A stretch of DNA of 64,000 nucleotides from a virus. Its lineage: Duplodnaviria > Caudoviricetes. The stretch's first letter is position 1. Every line of letters begins with the position of its first letter. The position numbers and the translations under genes are program-made. Under the pieces are notes generated by a model. It saw nothing but the letters and a program-made list of their open reading frames with translations, did not search any database and was not told where the DNA came from. The stretch is from the IMG/VR virus record IMGVR_UViG_3300037420_001796, positions 1 to 64,000 of that record, one strand, 5' to 3'. Shown piece after piece: positions 17,350 through 27,148 of the stretch.

Positions 17350-18579
17350 ATGGAATTTTCGTCGAGCGCTTCCGGTCAGCTGCGCTACATCGAGGAGGTG
17401 ACGCCGGGCACCACCCCCAACACCGGCAACGGAGTCGAGCTGCGTATGACCAGCCCGACGACGAAGGCTTCCGTCACCACCACGAAGTCCAACGAAATCC
17501 GCAAGGACCGACTGTCCACGGGTTCGACCAACACGGACATGAACCTGGACGGCGGCTTCAACTTCGAGCTCTCGGGCAAGGAGTACGACCCGTTCATGGA
17601 AAGCCTGCTGTGCGACGCGTGGGCGCACTACGGCACCTCGGGTCTGGGCACGACGTTCGGTGCCACGACCACGGCCAACACGATCACCGCCGACGTGGCT
17701 CCCACGGGCTCGAGCGCCTTCACGGGCATCTCTGAAGGCTCGTGGATCAAGCTTGTTCCTCCGGTGGGCGCGAGCCAAGCCGTGAAGGACTACTTCGCCG
17801 ATCGCTGGTTCAAGGTCGACTCGACCACGGCGCCGACGGCGACGGTTATCACGCTGGATGCGTCCACGCCGATCGAAGCACCCGGCCTTGTGACGGCGCA
17901 GGCCGGCTACAAGATCAGCCAGTCTCTGATCGTCAACAGCACGACCAAGAAGTTCTTCACGCTCGAGTACGAGCTGAGCGACGTGGCCGAATTCCTCGCG
18001 TTCCGCGGCATGCGCGCGAACACGATGGACCTGTCGGTCGATGTCGGCGCGATCATCACGGGCTCGTTCGGCTTCATCGGCCTGGGTCACAGCAGCGTGA
18101 CGGCCACGACGCTGCCGGGCACGCCCACCGCTTCGAACACGCTCGAAGTGATGAACGCCGTCACCGACGTGGGCACGATCTACGAAGGCGCAACGGACCT
18201 GCTTGCCAACGGCAGCTTCATCAAGAGCGCCAAGTTCTCGATCAACAACAACCTTCGCGGCCAGAAGGCGGTTGCCGTGTACGGCAACGCTGGCATCGGC
18301 GAAGGTGAGCTGGCGCTGTCGGGCACGCTGGACGTGTACTTCCCGGACGGCACCTACTACCGCAAGTGGCTTGCCGGCACGAACACGAGCCTGACGTTCG
18401 GCATGGCTGACGCCGCAGGCAACGGTTACCTGATCGAGCTGCCCAAGATCAAGTTCAAGGACGTCGCGCTGAACTCCTCCGGCAAGAACGACGACGTGAT
18501 GCTGTCGCTGCCGTTCGACGCGTTCTACGACTCGACGATGGGCAAGGGCATCCGCATCACTCGTGCCATCGCCGCGTAA
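17350..18579 (+). CDS. major tail (tube) protein
   Basis: 409 aa Thr/Gly-rich with internal inserted domain; precedes chaperone and tape measure; no sheath gene seen. Confidence 0.8.
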   Translation: MEFSSSASGQLRYIEEVTPGTTPNTGNGVELRMTSPTTKASVTTTKSNEIRKDRLSTGSTNTDMNLDGGFNFELSGKEYDPFMESLLCDAWAHYGTSGLGTTFGATTTANTITADVAPTGSSAFTGISEGSWIKLVPPVGASQAVKDYFADRWFKVDSTTAPTATVITLDASTPIEAPGLVTAQAGYKISQSLIVNSTTKKFFTLEYELSDVAEFLAFRGMRANTMDLSVDVGAIITGSFGFIGLGHSSVTATTLPGTPTASNTLEVMNAVTDVGTIYEGATDLLANGSFIKSAKFSINNNLRGQKAVAVYGNAGIGEGELALSGTLDVYFPDGTYYRKWLAGTNTSLTFGMADAAGNGYLIELPKIKFKDVALNSSGKNDDVMLSLPFDAFYDSTMGKGIRITRAIAA

Positions 18580-18662
18580 TGAATCCGCCGGCTAACGCCG
18601 GCTGGTAAGCGAGCCCCTTCGTGGGGCTCTTTCCCCACCCTGCAGAAAAACAAGAACAGAGC

Positions 18663-19058
18663 ATGGATATTTTCAACACCTACGCGACCGACGAAGTCGC
18701 AGAAGTCGAAGGCCGCTGGCAAAAGATCGGCAAGGACGCCAAGGTCCTTGTCGCGCGTACCGGCAATGCGCGCTACCAGAAAGAGTTCCGCAAGGCACTC
18801 GAGCGCCACGAGGGCGACCTGGGCACCGGTAGCGAAGAGGCCGACAAGCTCGCCGAGGAGATCCTGATCGAGGTGATGGCCAAGACCATCCTGCTCGGCT
18901 GGGAAGGCCTGTCCTACCAAGGGCAGACGGTCGAATACAGCGTCGACATGGCCAAGACGCTGCTGCGCGTGAAGGACTTCCGTAAGCGCGTGATGGCGAT
19001 CGCTGACAACCTGGAGAACTTCAAGATCCAGGCGGAGGTTGCGCAGGGAAACGCCTGA
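18663..19058 (+). CDS. tail assembly chaperone (G-like)
   Basis: 131 aa ending at slippery GGGAAAC. Confidence 0.8.
   Translation: MDIFNTYATDEVAEVEGRWQKIGKDAKVLVARTGNARYQKEFRKALERHEGDLGTGSEEADKLAEEILIEVMAKTILLGWEGLSYQGQTVEYSVDMAKTLLRVKDFRKRVMAIADNLENFKIQAEVAQGNA
19046..19052 (+). other. programmed -1 frameshift site G GGA AAC
   Basis: X XXY YYZ in chaperone frame; -1 frame open to 19411. Confidence 0.8.
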
Positions 19059-19411
19059 CGGCGTACCTCTCCTGGAATTTGAAGTGGGGCGACAGCCTCA
19101 AGGCATTCAAGGAGAGGGCGCGCAAGACAGGGGTCAAGCCTGCTCCCCTGCTTGCCAGGCCGAAGATCAAGCGGCATGACGTGTGGTATCTGGAGGCCTT
19201 CCAGAGCCTGTCTGCCGCTCGGTCTAACGGCTTCTCCGGCGCGGAGCCCATCGCCATCTCCGAGATCGTCGCCTACCTCAACCTAGAGGGCGTCACAGAC
19301 CCGCAGGAGAGACGCCGCTTCCTGAACCTTGTGCAGCTGCTCGATTCCGAGTGGATGAAGTTTCACAGGGAGCGGGCCGAAGCGGCCCGACAAGCAGCCA
19401 AAAGAGGCTAG
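19049..19411 (+). CDS. tail chaperone frameshift extension (T-like part of GT fusion)
   Basis: -1 frame KRLTAYLSWNLKWGDS...AEPIAISEIVAY; no good independent start. Confidence 0.75.
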   Translation, partial: KRLTAYLSWNLKWGDSLKAFKERARKTGVKPAPLLARPKIKRHDVWYLEAFQSLSAARSNGFSGAEPIAISEIVAYLNLEGVTDPQERRRFLNLVQLLDSEWMKFHRERAEAARQAAKRG

Positions 19412-19445
19412 GGATTGCGCCCTGTCAAGGGGCGTCCCTAGTCTG
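19411..19445 (+). promoter_or_regulatory. late promoter motif copy 5
   Basis: GGGATT-N18-TCCCTAGTCTG before tape measure gene. Confidence 0.75.
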
Positions 19446-19490
19446 TGCTTTCCGAGGCCAGCCCTCGCATAAGAACAACAAGAGCGGGCG

Positions 19491-22400
19491 GTGAGCGACA
19501 ACCTCAACATCCAGCTTGACGGCAGTCAGATCATCAAGGGCGTCGACGACGTCCTTTCGGCGCTGCGCGAATTCAAAGCTGCGGTCGCCGACTTCTCCCG
19601 CAACGATCCCACCGGCCGCGTGCGCGCCGAGGTGCAGCAGCTCAGCACCGCGGCGGTGACGGTCGTGCAAAGCGTCGAAAGGACGCTTGGCGGCGTGCGC
19701 AGCGCCGTCGACAAGGCCATGAACGAGGTCGCCTCGTCGGCCAAGGCCGGCGGCAAGAAGATCGGCCAGGAGATGGCAGACGGCCTGAAGCAGGGCGTCG
19801 ACGAGCTTCGCGCCAAGGCGGCGAGCAACATCGACCCGCGCACTCTGCTCGGGCTTGACTCGGATCGTGTGCGCAAGTCGGCAACGGCTTCCGCCGAGAT
19901 CTTCATGGAAGCTTTCCGCTCGCAGTCCGCGGGAAGGCTTGATCCGCGCGAGCTGCTCGGTCTCACGCCGGAAGCGCTGGTAAAGTCTGCGGCGCTGTCC
20001 GCGGAGACTTTCAAGGAAGCCTTCGCGCTAGAAGCTTCGCGCGCGAAGAGCGCTTCGAACATCGATGCACGCACGCTTCTGGGGCTCACTCCAGAGGTGA
20101 TGGCCAAGGATGCCGCAGCGTCCGCTGCGGTGTTCATGCAGGCATTCGAGACCGAGGCCATGCGCGCTCGGTCGGCATCGAACGTTGATGCGCGCACTCT
20201 CCTGGGCCTGACGCCGGAGAACCTCGCCAAGTCGGCACGAGCGTCCGCAGAAGTATTCGCCGCCGAGTTCGACGCGAGCATGGCGCGGCTCGCCGGCACG
20301 GCCCGCGCGCAGTTCAACGCAGCGCTTGCATCGGCTGCTCCCGGCAGCTTCCAGCTGCTCGGCGGCGGTCGGCAAGGCCTCGTTCCCCCGAACGCGAAGC
20401 CCGAGCTTGACTCGCTGACCAGCTCCATGAAGGAGGCGCACTCCGCTGCGCGCGGCCTGGCCTCCGGCTTCGATGCGATCTGGTTGACGTGGGGCATGCT
20501 CGGCCCGTTGCTCGCGGGCGCGGCCGTGTCCAACGCCTTCGTGCAGTCCATCAAGAAGGGCTCCGAGTTCGAAAAGACGCTCGAGACGATCGGCTACGTG
20601 GCCGGCGCCTCGGCGCAGGATTTGCAGGACCTGTCTAAGGCGTCGCTGGACATGGCCAAGGACAGCCAGTTCGGGCCCAACGAAATCGCCAAGGCGCTCA
20701 AGTCGATGGCGCTTGCGGGCCTTGACGCAAGGCAGCAGCTCGAGGCGCTAAAGCCTGTTGTCAACTTCGCGATCGTCGGCGAGATGTCGCTGGAAAAAGC
20801 GGCCGAGAGCACCGTGGCGATCTCTACGGCGTTCGGCTACGCCGCGACCGGCTACAGCGCGGTGCAGGACGTCATCGCGAAGGCTGCTGCGGTGTCGATG
20901 TCGTCGATCGAGTCGATGACGCAGTCGTTCCGCACGGCCTCCGTCGTCGCTCAGCAATACGGCGTTTCCGTCAAGGATGCTGCGACGTCGCTCGCGCTTT
21001 TGAGCCAGATGGGCATCAAGGGCCAGGCCGCGGGTACCGCGCTGCGCAACATGTACAACGAGCTGATCGGCTCGTCGAAGAAAGCGCGCGAGACGATGCA
21101 GGACCTGCTGAAGGTCGAGGTCATCGACAACGCGACCAAGGCGATGAAGCCGCTCGCGCAGATTCTGACGGATATCTCCAAGTCTCTGTCGCAGTACGAC
21201 TTCAAGAGCCAGCTGGCGATCCTGCAGCAAATGGGCAACGAGCGCGGCATGAAGGCGCTCTCGGCCGACTTGACTGCGTTCGTCACCGCCGCGCACGACG
21301 CAGGCAAGGATGTCACCACCGAATTCCAGCGCATCCAACAGGAGCTGGAGGACGCGCCGGGCTTCGTCGCGCTGGCCGCGGCCGGCATGATGACCACGAC
21401 CTCCGCGCAGATGAAGTCGGTGGGCGCCGCGCTCGAGGCCGCGCTTGTCAGGTCGTTCAACAGCGTCAACAGCCAGGCGCAGATCACGGCGCAAAAGTTG
21501 AAGGAGATCTTCAACTCCGACCAGTTCCAGCAGCTGCTGCAAAACATCATCTCCTCACTGGGCCGTCTCGTGGAGGCGCTCGCAGAGAATGCGACGAGCG
21601 TTGCCGCCGTGGCCTCGGGCTACGTGCTCGGCAAGGCGGCGCTCATAGGCTACGAAGCGGCCGCGGGACTTGCGGCCACCGCCAGCGCCGTCCTCGGTGA
21701 ATCCGCGCTCGGCGCAAGCGTGGGCGTGCGTGCTCTCATGGCATCACTCGGCCCCATCGGCGCGCTCCTCGCGCTGGGCGCGACGGCCTGGATCATCTTC
21801 GGCAATTCCAGTGAGAGCGCGCTTGAGAAGGCGCAAAAAGCTGCCGACGCGCACAGCAAGTCGATCACCGAAGGCATCGACAAAGAGATCGAGCGCCTGC
21901 AAGCGCAGATCGCAGCCCGCAAGGAAGGCCTTGACGGTGCGATCGCGCAGCGCAAGGCCGAGGCCGACCTTCAGGTCTCCCGCTTGATGGAGCTCGATGA
22001 GGAGCAGCTCAAGATCGAAGAGGCGCGCCACGCGCAGGTCCTGTTCAATCGCGAGAAGCTCGCGGGCTCGGAATACGCGAAGACCGTCGACGGCGAGAAG
22101 GCCCTGAAGGCAGCCGACGTCCAGGTCGAGCAGTCGCGCCTTCGCATCGCCGAGCTGGTGGTGAACAACGTCGAGAAGGAAAACGCGCTGCGCGAAAAGC
22201 AGCGTCAGCTGATCAACCTCGCGAAGCAAGACGCGCAGGAAGCCGAGCAGGCCGCGGAGAAAGCCCGCAGCGTGATGACGGGCAACCTGAAGTACACGCC
22301 GCCCGATTACACGGGCGCGGGCTCGGCGTATGCCAACGAGCTCAAGCAGATCAACCTGATCATCTCCGCCGCGCGCGAGAAGGCGCAGGCGATCGATGAA

Positions 22401-25400
22401 TCGTCTCGCGTGCAAGAGGCGTTCCTCAAGCAAAGCTACGACCGCGGAGTCATCTCGTATTCGGAGTATCAGCAGCAGCTGAGCACGCTGCAGTCGGATC
22501 ACGAGTCTCAGCGCCTTGCGCTGCTGGACGACGAGAAGTCCAAGGTCGAAGCGAAGATCAAGGACCTGCAAACCAAGATCGAAGGCATGAACCCGAAGAC
22601 GGGTCCTGCCGACCGCCTTCGCAATGATCTCGAGCAGCTTCGCCAGGAGCTCGCGCGCGTCAACGGCGAGATCACGAAGATCACCGACGACGGGCAGATT
22701 CGTGCGGAGCAGGCTCTGACGAAACTGCTTGCGCCGGCCGCCGAGATGGTGCGCAACGCCGAGAAGGAAGGAGCGCAGATCCAGAACAACTACCAGCAGG
22801 AGCTTGCCCGGCTGGCGGTGAAGAACAACATCGTGCAGCTCTCCGAGCGCGAGCAGTTCGTGCAGGCGGAGATCGGCAAGGCGGTGAACAGGCAGGAAGA
22901 CGAGCTGGCCAAGTACATGGCCACGCTCAAGGACCTGCTGGCCAACGTCAGCGACGCGGACTTGATGACCAACCCCGACGTGGCCGGGGCGATCGCCAAC
23001 CTGATGAAGGTCATCGCCGATGCTTCGCAGCGCCTCACCGACATGAAGGCCAACGTCGCGAAGGCGGCGAGCGAAGCATTCGACGCGCAAAAGATCAACG
23101 AGATGGCCAAGAGCCTGGACACCGGCATCGCCGATGCGATCGTCCAGGGTGGCCGCGACGGCCGGCAAAAGCTGCGCGACGTGCTCGAGGAGGAGCTGCT
23201 GCGCAAGCCGTTCAAGATGGTCATCGAGGCCATGCTGCAGCCCGTCACCAACGGACTTGCGAGCGCGGCCTACGGCATGTTCGGCCTGAACCAGTCCGGC
23301 ACGGGCCCGGCCAACAGCGCAGGGGCAGGCGGCGGCGGCGCGAACGGCCTTGGAATGGCCACTCAGCTGTTTGGCAGCTCCTTCGGGGCCAGCAGCATCG
23401 GCTTGAACAGCACCCTCACGCAGGCCACGATCTCCAACGGCTTGGTTTCGGGCTTCGGCGCGAACATGGCCAACATCGGCACCGCGATCGGATCGGGTGC
23501 ATTCGCTGATGCAGCGGCCATGGCGATCCCGTACATCGGCTGGGCGATCGCGGCCTACGAACTCTTGAAGGGCTCGTTCAAGGGCGAGACCCGCTCGGGC
23601 GGCCAGTACGGCTACAGCTTCGATGGCACCTCCGTATTTAACCCGCGTCGCGACATCACGCAAAGCGCCAATGGCATCGGCGCGACGTTCCTCGAGGGGC
23701 CGAGCGGTGGCGACCAGAATCAGGAAGCCGCGAAGGCCGCGCTGAACGGCACGTACGGCATCATCAACAACATCTTCGAGGGGCTGGGCACCAACATTCG
23801 TGTGACCGCTCTGCAGGGCGGCTACGAAAGCTCCGACAAGGGCCGCGGCGGTGTGTTCACCGGCGGCACGCTCACGGGCGGCATCAACTTCGGCGAATCC
23901 GGCAAGGGTGACAACTACGCCGGCACGCTATACGAAAAGACCAGCCCCCAGAGCCTGAGCGTCGAGCAGGCCTTCCAGAACTTCCTGACCGACCAGAAGC
24001 AGTCGGTCATCGAGGCGCTGCAGGCGTACGCGCAAAGCGTCGGCGCGCAGCTGCCCAACGCGATCCGCAAGCTCATCTCCGGCGTGGACGCCGAGTCGCT
24101 GTCGGACACCGACGCGCAGGCGCTGGTCGACAAGATCAACGCGACGATCCAAGGCGTCAAGGGCTTTTGGGATGCGGTGAACGGCGCGCCGGTGCAGCAG
24201 CTGAAGAACCTTGCGTTCGACGTTGCTGATGCCCTCGTGCAGGCCAGCGGCGGCCTCGAGCAGTTCAAGTCGAACCTGCAGTCGTTCGTGCAGAACTTCT
24301 ACTCGCCGGCCGAACAGCGCGCGGGCATCGTGTCTTCGATTACGAAGACCCTGCAGAACGCGGGCTTCAACGTCACCGAGAATCAGATCGCCTCGGCAAC
24401 GCGCGACCAGTTCCGCCAGCTTGCCGAATCGATCGACGTCACCACCGATTCCGGTGCTAAGGCGTACGCAACCCTCCTCAGCGTCGCCGGTGCGTTCGCT
24501 TCGATCACTACGTCCTCGCAAGATGCGACGCAGCAGCTGCAGGACCAGACGAAGAACCTGCAGGACCAGATCAAGACGCTGCAGGACTCGCAGGACACGT
24601 GGAAGTCGACCGAGCAGCGCTTGACCGACTTCATGAAGAGCCTTACGGACTTCCGTGACTCGCTGCTTCAGGGTGACCTGTCGCCGCTCACGCCGGTGCA
24701 AAAGTACCAGCAGGCGGGCAGTGACCTGCAGCAGCTGTTCGCGAAGGCGATGTCCGGCGATGCCGATGCGCAAAGCCAGTTCCAAGCGAAGGCACAGGAG
24801 TTCCTCAAGGACAGCCAGGCCGTCAACGCCAGCAGCGACACGTACACGTCTGACTTCAACATGGTCATGTCCATGTTGAGCCAGCTGAGCACCTCCGCGA
24901 CCTCGCAGCTGACGGACGCGCAGCAGCACGAAGCGGACTTCCAGCAGCAGATCACGATCCTGCAACAGCAGCTTGATGCGACGCAGACGCAGATCGACGC
25001 GATCCATAACGCGTCCGACACGATCACCACCGCCGTGCAGGGCTCCGGCATCGACATCGTGTCGGCGCTGCAGACCATCAACTCCACAGCGCAGTCCATC
25101 GTGGCGGCGGTGCAGCAGGTTGTGATTCCGTCGACGACGCCTAGCAGTACGAGTGGCGGCGGCAGCACGACGCCGGACAACAGCGGCGGCGGCCTTTACT
25201 ACGACGGTGTCACCCCCGACGGCCAGGGCGGCGCGTTTGCCGCGGGCGGCCTTGCCTCCGGCTGGTCGCTCGTGGGTGAAGAAGGCCCCGAGCTCGTGAA
25301 CTTCTCGAACCCGGGTCGCGTGTACACGGCCGCGCAGACGCGCGCCGCGCTTGGCGGCGGGATGAGCGATCAACTGCTTGCGCAGCTGCTCGATGCCGTG

Positions 25401-25547
25401 AACCGTCTCGTCGAGCAGCACGGCGCGGGCACCAACGCTTCGATCACCGCGACGCTGCAGGCCGCCGACAAGATTTCTGACGCGGTGGGCAGCGGCGCCA
25501 GCCGCACCCGCTGGTCGCAAAACGCCTCTTCGAGCATTGCCCAATGA
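19491..25547 (+). CDS. tape measure protein, 2018 aa
   Basis: Ala/Gln-rich, TP901-type core (FGPNEIAKALKSMALAG), C-terminal FAAGG..VGEEGPEL motif. Confidence 0.92.
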   Translation: MSDNLNIQLDGSQIIKGVDDVLSALREFKAAVADFSRNDPTGRVRAEVQQLSTAAVTVVQSVERTLGGVRSAVDKAMNEVASSAKAGGKKIGQEMADGLKQGVDELRAKAASNIDPRTLLGLDSDRVRKSATASAEIFMEAFRSQSAGRLDPRELLGLTPEALVKSAALSAETFKEAFALEASRAKSASNIDARTLLGLTPEVMAKDAAASAAVFMQAFETEAMRARSASNVDARTLLGLTPENLAKSARASAEVFAAEFDASMARLAGTARAQFNAALASAAPGSFQLLGGGRQGLVPPNAKPELDSLTSSMKEAHSAARGLASGFDAIWLTWGMLGPLLAGAAVSNAFVQSIKKGSEFEKTLETIGYVAGASAQDLQDLSKASLDMAKDSQFGPNEIAKALKSMALAGLDARQQLEALKPVVNFAIVGEMSLEKAAESTVAISTAFGYAATGYSAVQDVIAKAAAVSMSSIESMTQSFRTASVVAQQYGVSVKDAATSLALLSQMGIKGQAAGTALRNMYNELIGSSKKARETMQDLLKVEVIDNATKAMKPLAQILTDISKSLSQYDFKSQLAILQQMGNERGMKALSADLTAFVTAAHDAGKDVTTEFQRIQQELEDAPGFVALAAAGMMTTTSAQMKSVGAALEAALVRSFNSVNSQAQITAQKLKEIFNSDQFQQLLQNIISSLGRLVEALAENATSVAAVASGYVLGKAALIGYEAAAGLAATASAVLGESALGASVGVRALMASLGPIGALLALGATAWIIFGNSSESALEKAQKAADAHSKSITEGIDKEIERLQAQIAARKEGLDGAIAQRKAEADLQVSRLMELDEEQLKIEEARHAQVLFNREKLAGSEYAKTVDGEKALKAADVQVEQSRLRIAELVVNNVEKENALREKQRQLINLAKQDAQEAEQAAEKARSVMTGNLKYTPPDYTGAGSAYANELKQINLIISAAREKAQAIDESSRVQEAFLKQSYDRGVISYSEYQQQLSTLQSDHESQRLALLDDEKSKVEAKIKDLQTKIEGMNPKTGPADRLRNDLEQLRQELARVNGEITKITDDGQIRAEQALTKLLAPAAEMVRNAEKEGAQIQNNYQQELARLAVKNNIVQLSEREQFVQAEIGKAVNRQEDELAKYMATLKDLLANVSDADLMTNPDVAGAIANLMKVIADASQRLTDMKANVAKAASEAFDAQKINEMAKSLDTGIADAIVQGGRDGRQKLRDVLEEELLRKPFKMVIEAMLQPVTNGLASAAYGMFGLNQSGTGPANSAGAGGGGANGLGMATQLFGSSFGASSIGLNSTLTQATISNGLVSGFGANMANIGTAIGSGAFADAAAMAIPYIGWAIAAYELLKGSFKGETRSGGQYGYSFDGTSVFNPRRDITQSANGIGATFLEGPSGGDQNQEAAKAALNGTYGIINNIFEGLGTNIRVTALQGGYESSDKGRGGVFTGGTLTGGINFGESGKGDNYAGTLYEKTSPQSLSVEQAFQNFLTDQKQSVIEALQAYAQSVGAQLPNAIRKLISGVDAESLSDTDAQALVDKINATIQGVKGFWDAVNGAPVQQLKNLAFDVADALVQASGGLEQFKSNLQSFVQNFYSPAEQRAGIVSSITKTLQNAGFNVTENQIASATRDQFRQLAESIDVTTDSGAKAYATLLSVAGAFASITTSSQDATQQLQDQTKNLQDQIKTLQDSQDTWKSTEQRLTDFMKSLTDFRDSLLQGDLSPLTPVQKYQQAGSDLQQLFAKAMSGDADAQSQFQAKAQEFLKDSQAVNASSDTYTSDFNMVMSMLSQLSTSATSQLTDAQQHEADFQQQITILQQQLDATQTQIDAIHNASDTITTAVQGSGIDIVSALQTINSTAQSIVAAVQQVVIPSTTPSSTSGGGSTTPDNSGGGLYYDGVTPDGQGGAFAAGGLASGWSLVGEEGPELVNFSNPGRVYTAAQTRAALGGGMSDQLLAQLLDAVNRLVEQHGAGTNASITATLQAADKISDAVGSGASRTRWSQNASSSIAQ

Positions 25548-27148
25548 CGGACGCACAGTTCCTTGCATGGTTTCAAACACCCGCCTCGCTGCGCGTGGTG
25601 CTGGTGGAAGCCGTCGCCAACGTGAGCGGCGTTGAGACGACGTTTTACATGTCGAATCGCCCGTATGTCACAGGTTCGACGGACACGCCAGCCAGCACGG
25701 CGTACGTGACCTGCATCACCGGCGGGCTGGGGTTCAGCGAAAGCCTCGACCTTGGAGGCGGCGCCGCTTCCATGAGCTGGGGTGACATCGAGATCGAGAA
25801 CAACGGAGGCGTGCGCGACACGTGGCTCAACTACGTGTGGGCCAACCGGCAAGTGCAGGTCTTCGTCGGCGACGTGCGTTGGGCGCGCTCTGATTTCCGC
25901 AAGGTCTTCGACGGCGTCATCGGCGACATGGGAAGCCGCGATCAGGACGTGTTGAACCTCAAGCTGCTGGACAAGCTGCAGCGGCTGAACAACCCGCTCA
26001 CCGAGACAACGCTTGGCGGCACGACAAACAACAAGGACCGACTGCTTCCGCTCACGTTCGGCGAGGTGTTCAACGTCACGCCGCTGCTGACTAACCCCGC
26101 GACGCTGGAGTACCAGGTCCACAACGGCTCGATCGAAGACATCATCGAGGTGCGAAGCAACGGCGCCGTGCCGGTGTCGATCACGAAGAGCGTGGGCACG
26201 GGCAAGTTCACGCTCAGCGCCGCTCCCAACGGCGCGATGATCACTTGCAGCGTGCAGGGCGACAAGCTGGGCGGCACGTACACGAACAACATCAGCACGC
26301 TGGTTCAGCGCATCGTGCAGAACTACGGGCCGGCGTACGCGCGCTTCACCGCGGGCGACCTTGACTCGACCAACCTGAGCGCGTTCGCCACCGCGAACAC
26401 GCAGCCTGTGGGCCTGTACGTGCCCGATCGCATGACGGTGCTCGAGGCTTGCCAGACGCTGGCGGGCAGCGTCGGCGCACAGGTCGTGATGACCTCGACG
26501 GGCCTGCTGCGCCTGATCAAGGTCGACCTGCCCGCGAGCGGCACGCCGACGGTCGTCACGCAGAACGACCTCGAATACCACGGCATCAGCATTGACTCGC
26601 GCCCGCCGGTTGTCGCGACGGTAAAGCTCGGGTACTGCAAGAACTGGACGCCGCAGGAAGCGCTTGCCGGCGGCGTCGCGATGAGCTCCATTCCGCTGTA
26701 CCAGCAGGAGTGGCTCACGGTCACGGCCAACGACTCGACTACCGAGACCACGTACAAGAGTCCGCGTCGAATTCGCGACCAGAACAAGGGCCGAAACCAC
26801 GGCTCTCACGCGCCGGCTCCGCCTCCGCCTGTTGCACCGCCGCCCGCGTCGGTGGGCTCGTCGGTGTCGCAGCTGTACAAGCTGCACGGCGAGCCCGAGC
26901 AGCAAAACACGATGCTGCTAGTTGCCTCCGACGCGACGACGGAAGCGAACAGGCGCCTGACGTTGTGGAAGACGCCGCGCACCGTGTTCCGGCTTGACTG
27001 CCGCCCGCATCTGCTGCTTACGGAGCTGGGCGACGCGATCACGATCCAGCACCCTCGCTACGGTCTTTCCGCGGGCAAGACCGGCATCGTCGTGAGCATC
27101 GAGCGTGACTGGGTGAACGGCAAGGTCAGCCTCGGAGTGCTCGTCTAA
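25544..27148 (+). CDS. tail tip / hub protein
   Basis: 534 aa directly after TMP; contains Pro-rich insert. Confidence 0.65.
   Translation: MTDAQFLAWFQTPASLRVVLVEAVANVSGVETTFYMSNRPYVTGSTDTPASTAYVTCITGGLGFSESLDLGGGAASMSWGDIEIENNGGVRDTWLNYVWANRQVQVFVGDVRWARSDFRKVFDGVIGDMGSRDQDVLNLKLLDKLQRLNNPLTETTLGGTTNNKDRLLPLTFGEVFNVTPLLTNPATLEYQVHNGSIEDIIEVRSNGAVPVSITKSVGTGKFTLSAAPNGAMITCSVQGDKLGGTYTNNISTLVQRIVQNYGPAYARFTAGDLDSTNLSAFATANTQPVGLYVPDRMTVLEACQTLAGSVGAQVVMTSTGLLRLIKVDLPASGTPTVVTQNDLEYHGISIDSRPPVVATVKLGYCKNWTPQEALAGGVAMSSIPLYQQEWLTVTANDSTTETTYKSPRRIRDQNKGRNHGSHAPAPPPPVAPPPASVGSSVSQLYKLHGEPEQQNTMLLVASDATTEANRRLTLWKTPRTVFRLDCRPHLLLTELGDAITIQHPRYGLSAGKTGIVVSIERDWVNGKVSLGVLV

Noticed and set aside
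7581-25580. Very long antisense or alternate-frame ORFs (7581..9704, 9697..11394, 11339..14980, 21744..23663, 23928..25580; also 94..1974, 45496..47895)
   Set aside because: They mirror real genes on the opposite strand. GC-rich codon bias removes stops in shadow frames, and the translations show no motifs or RBSs.
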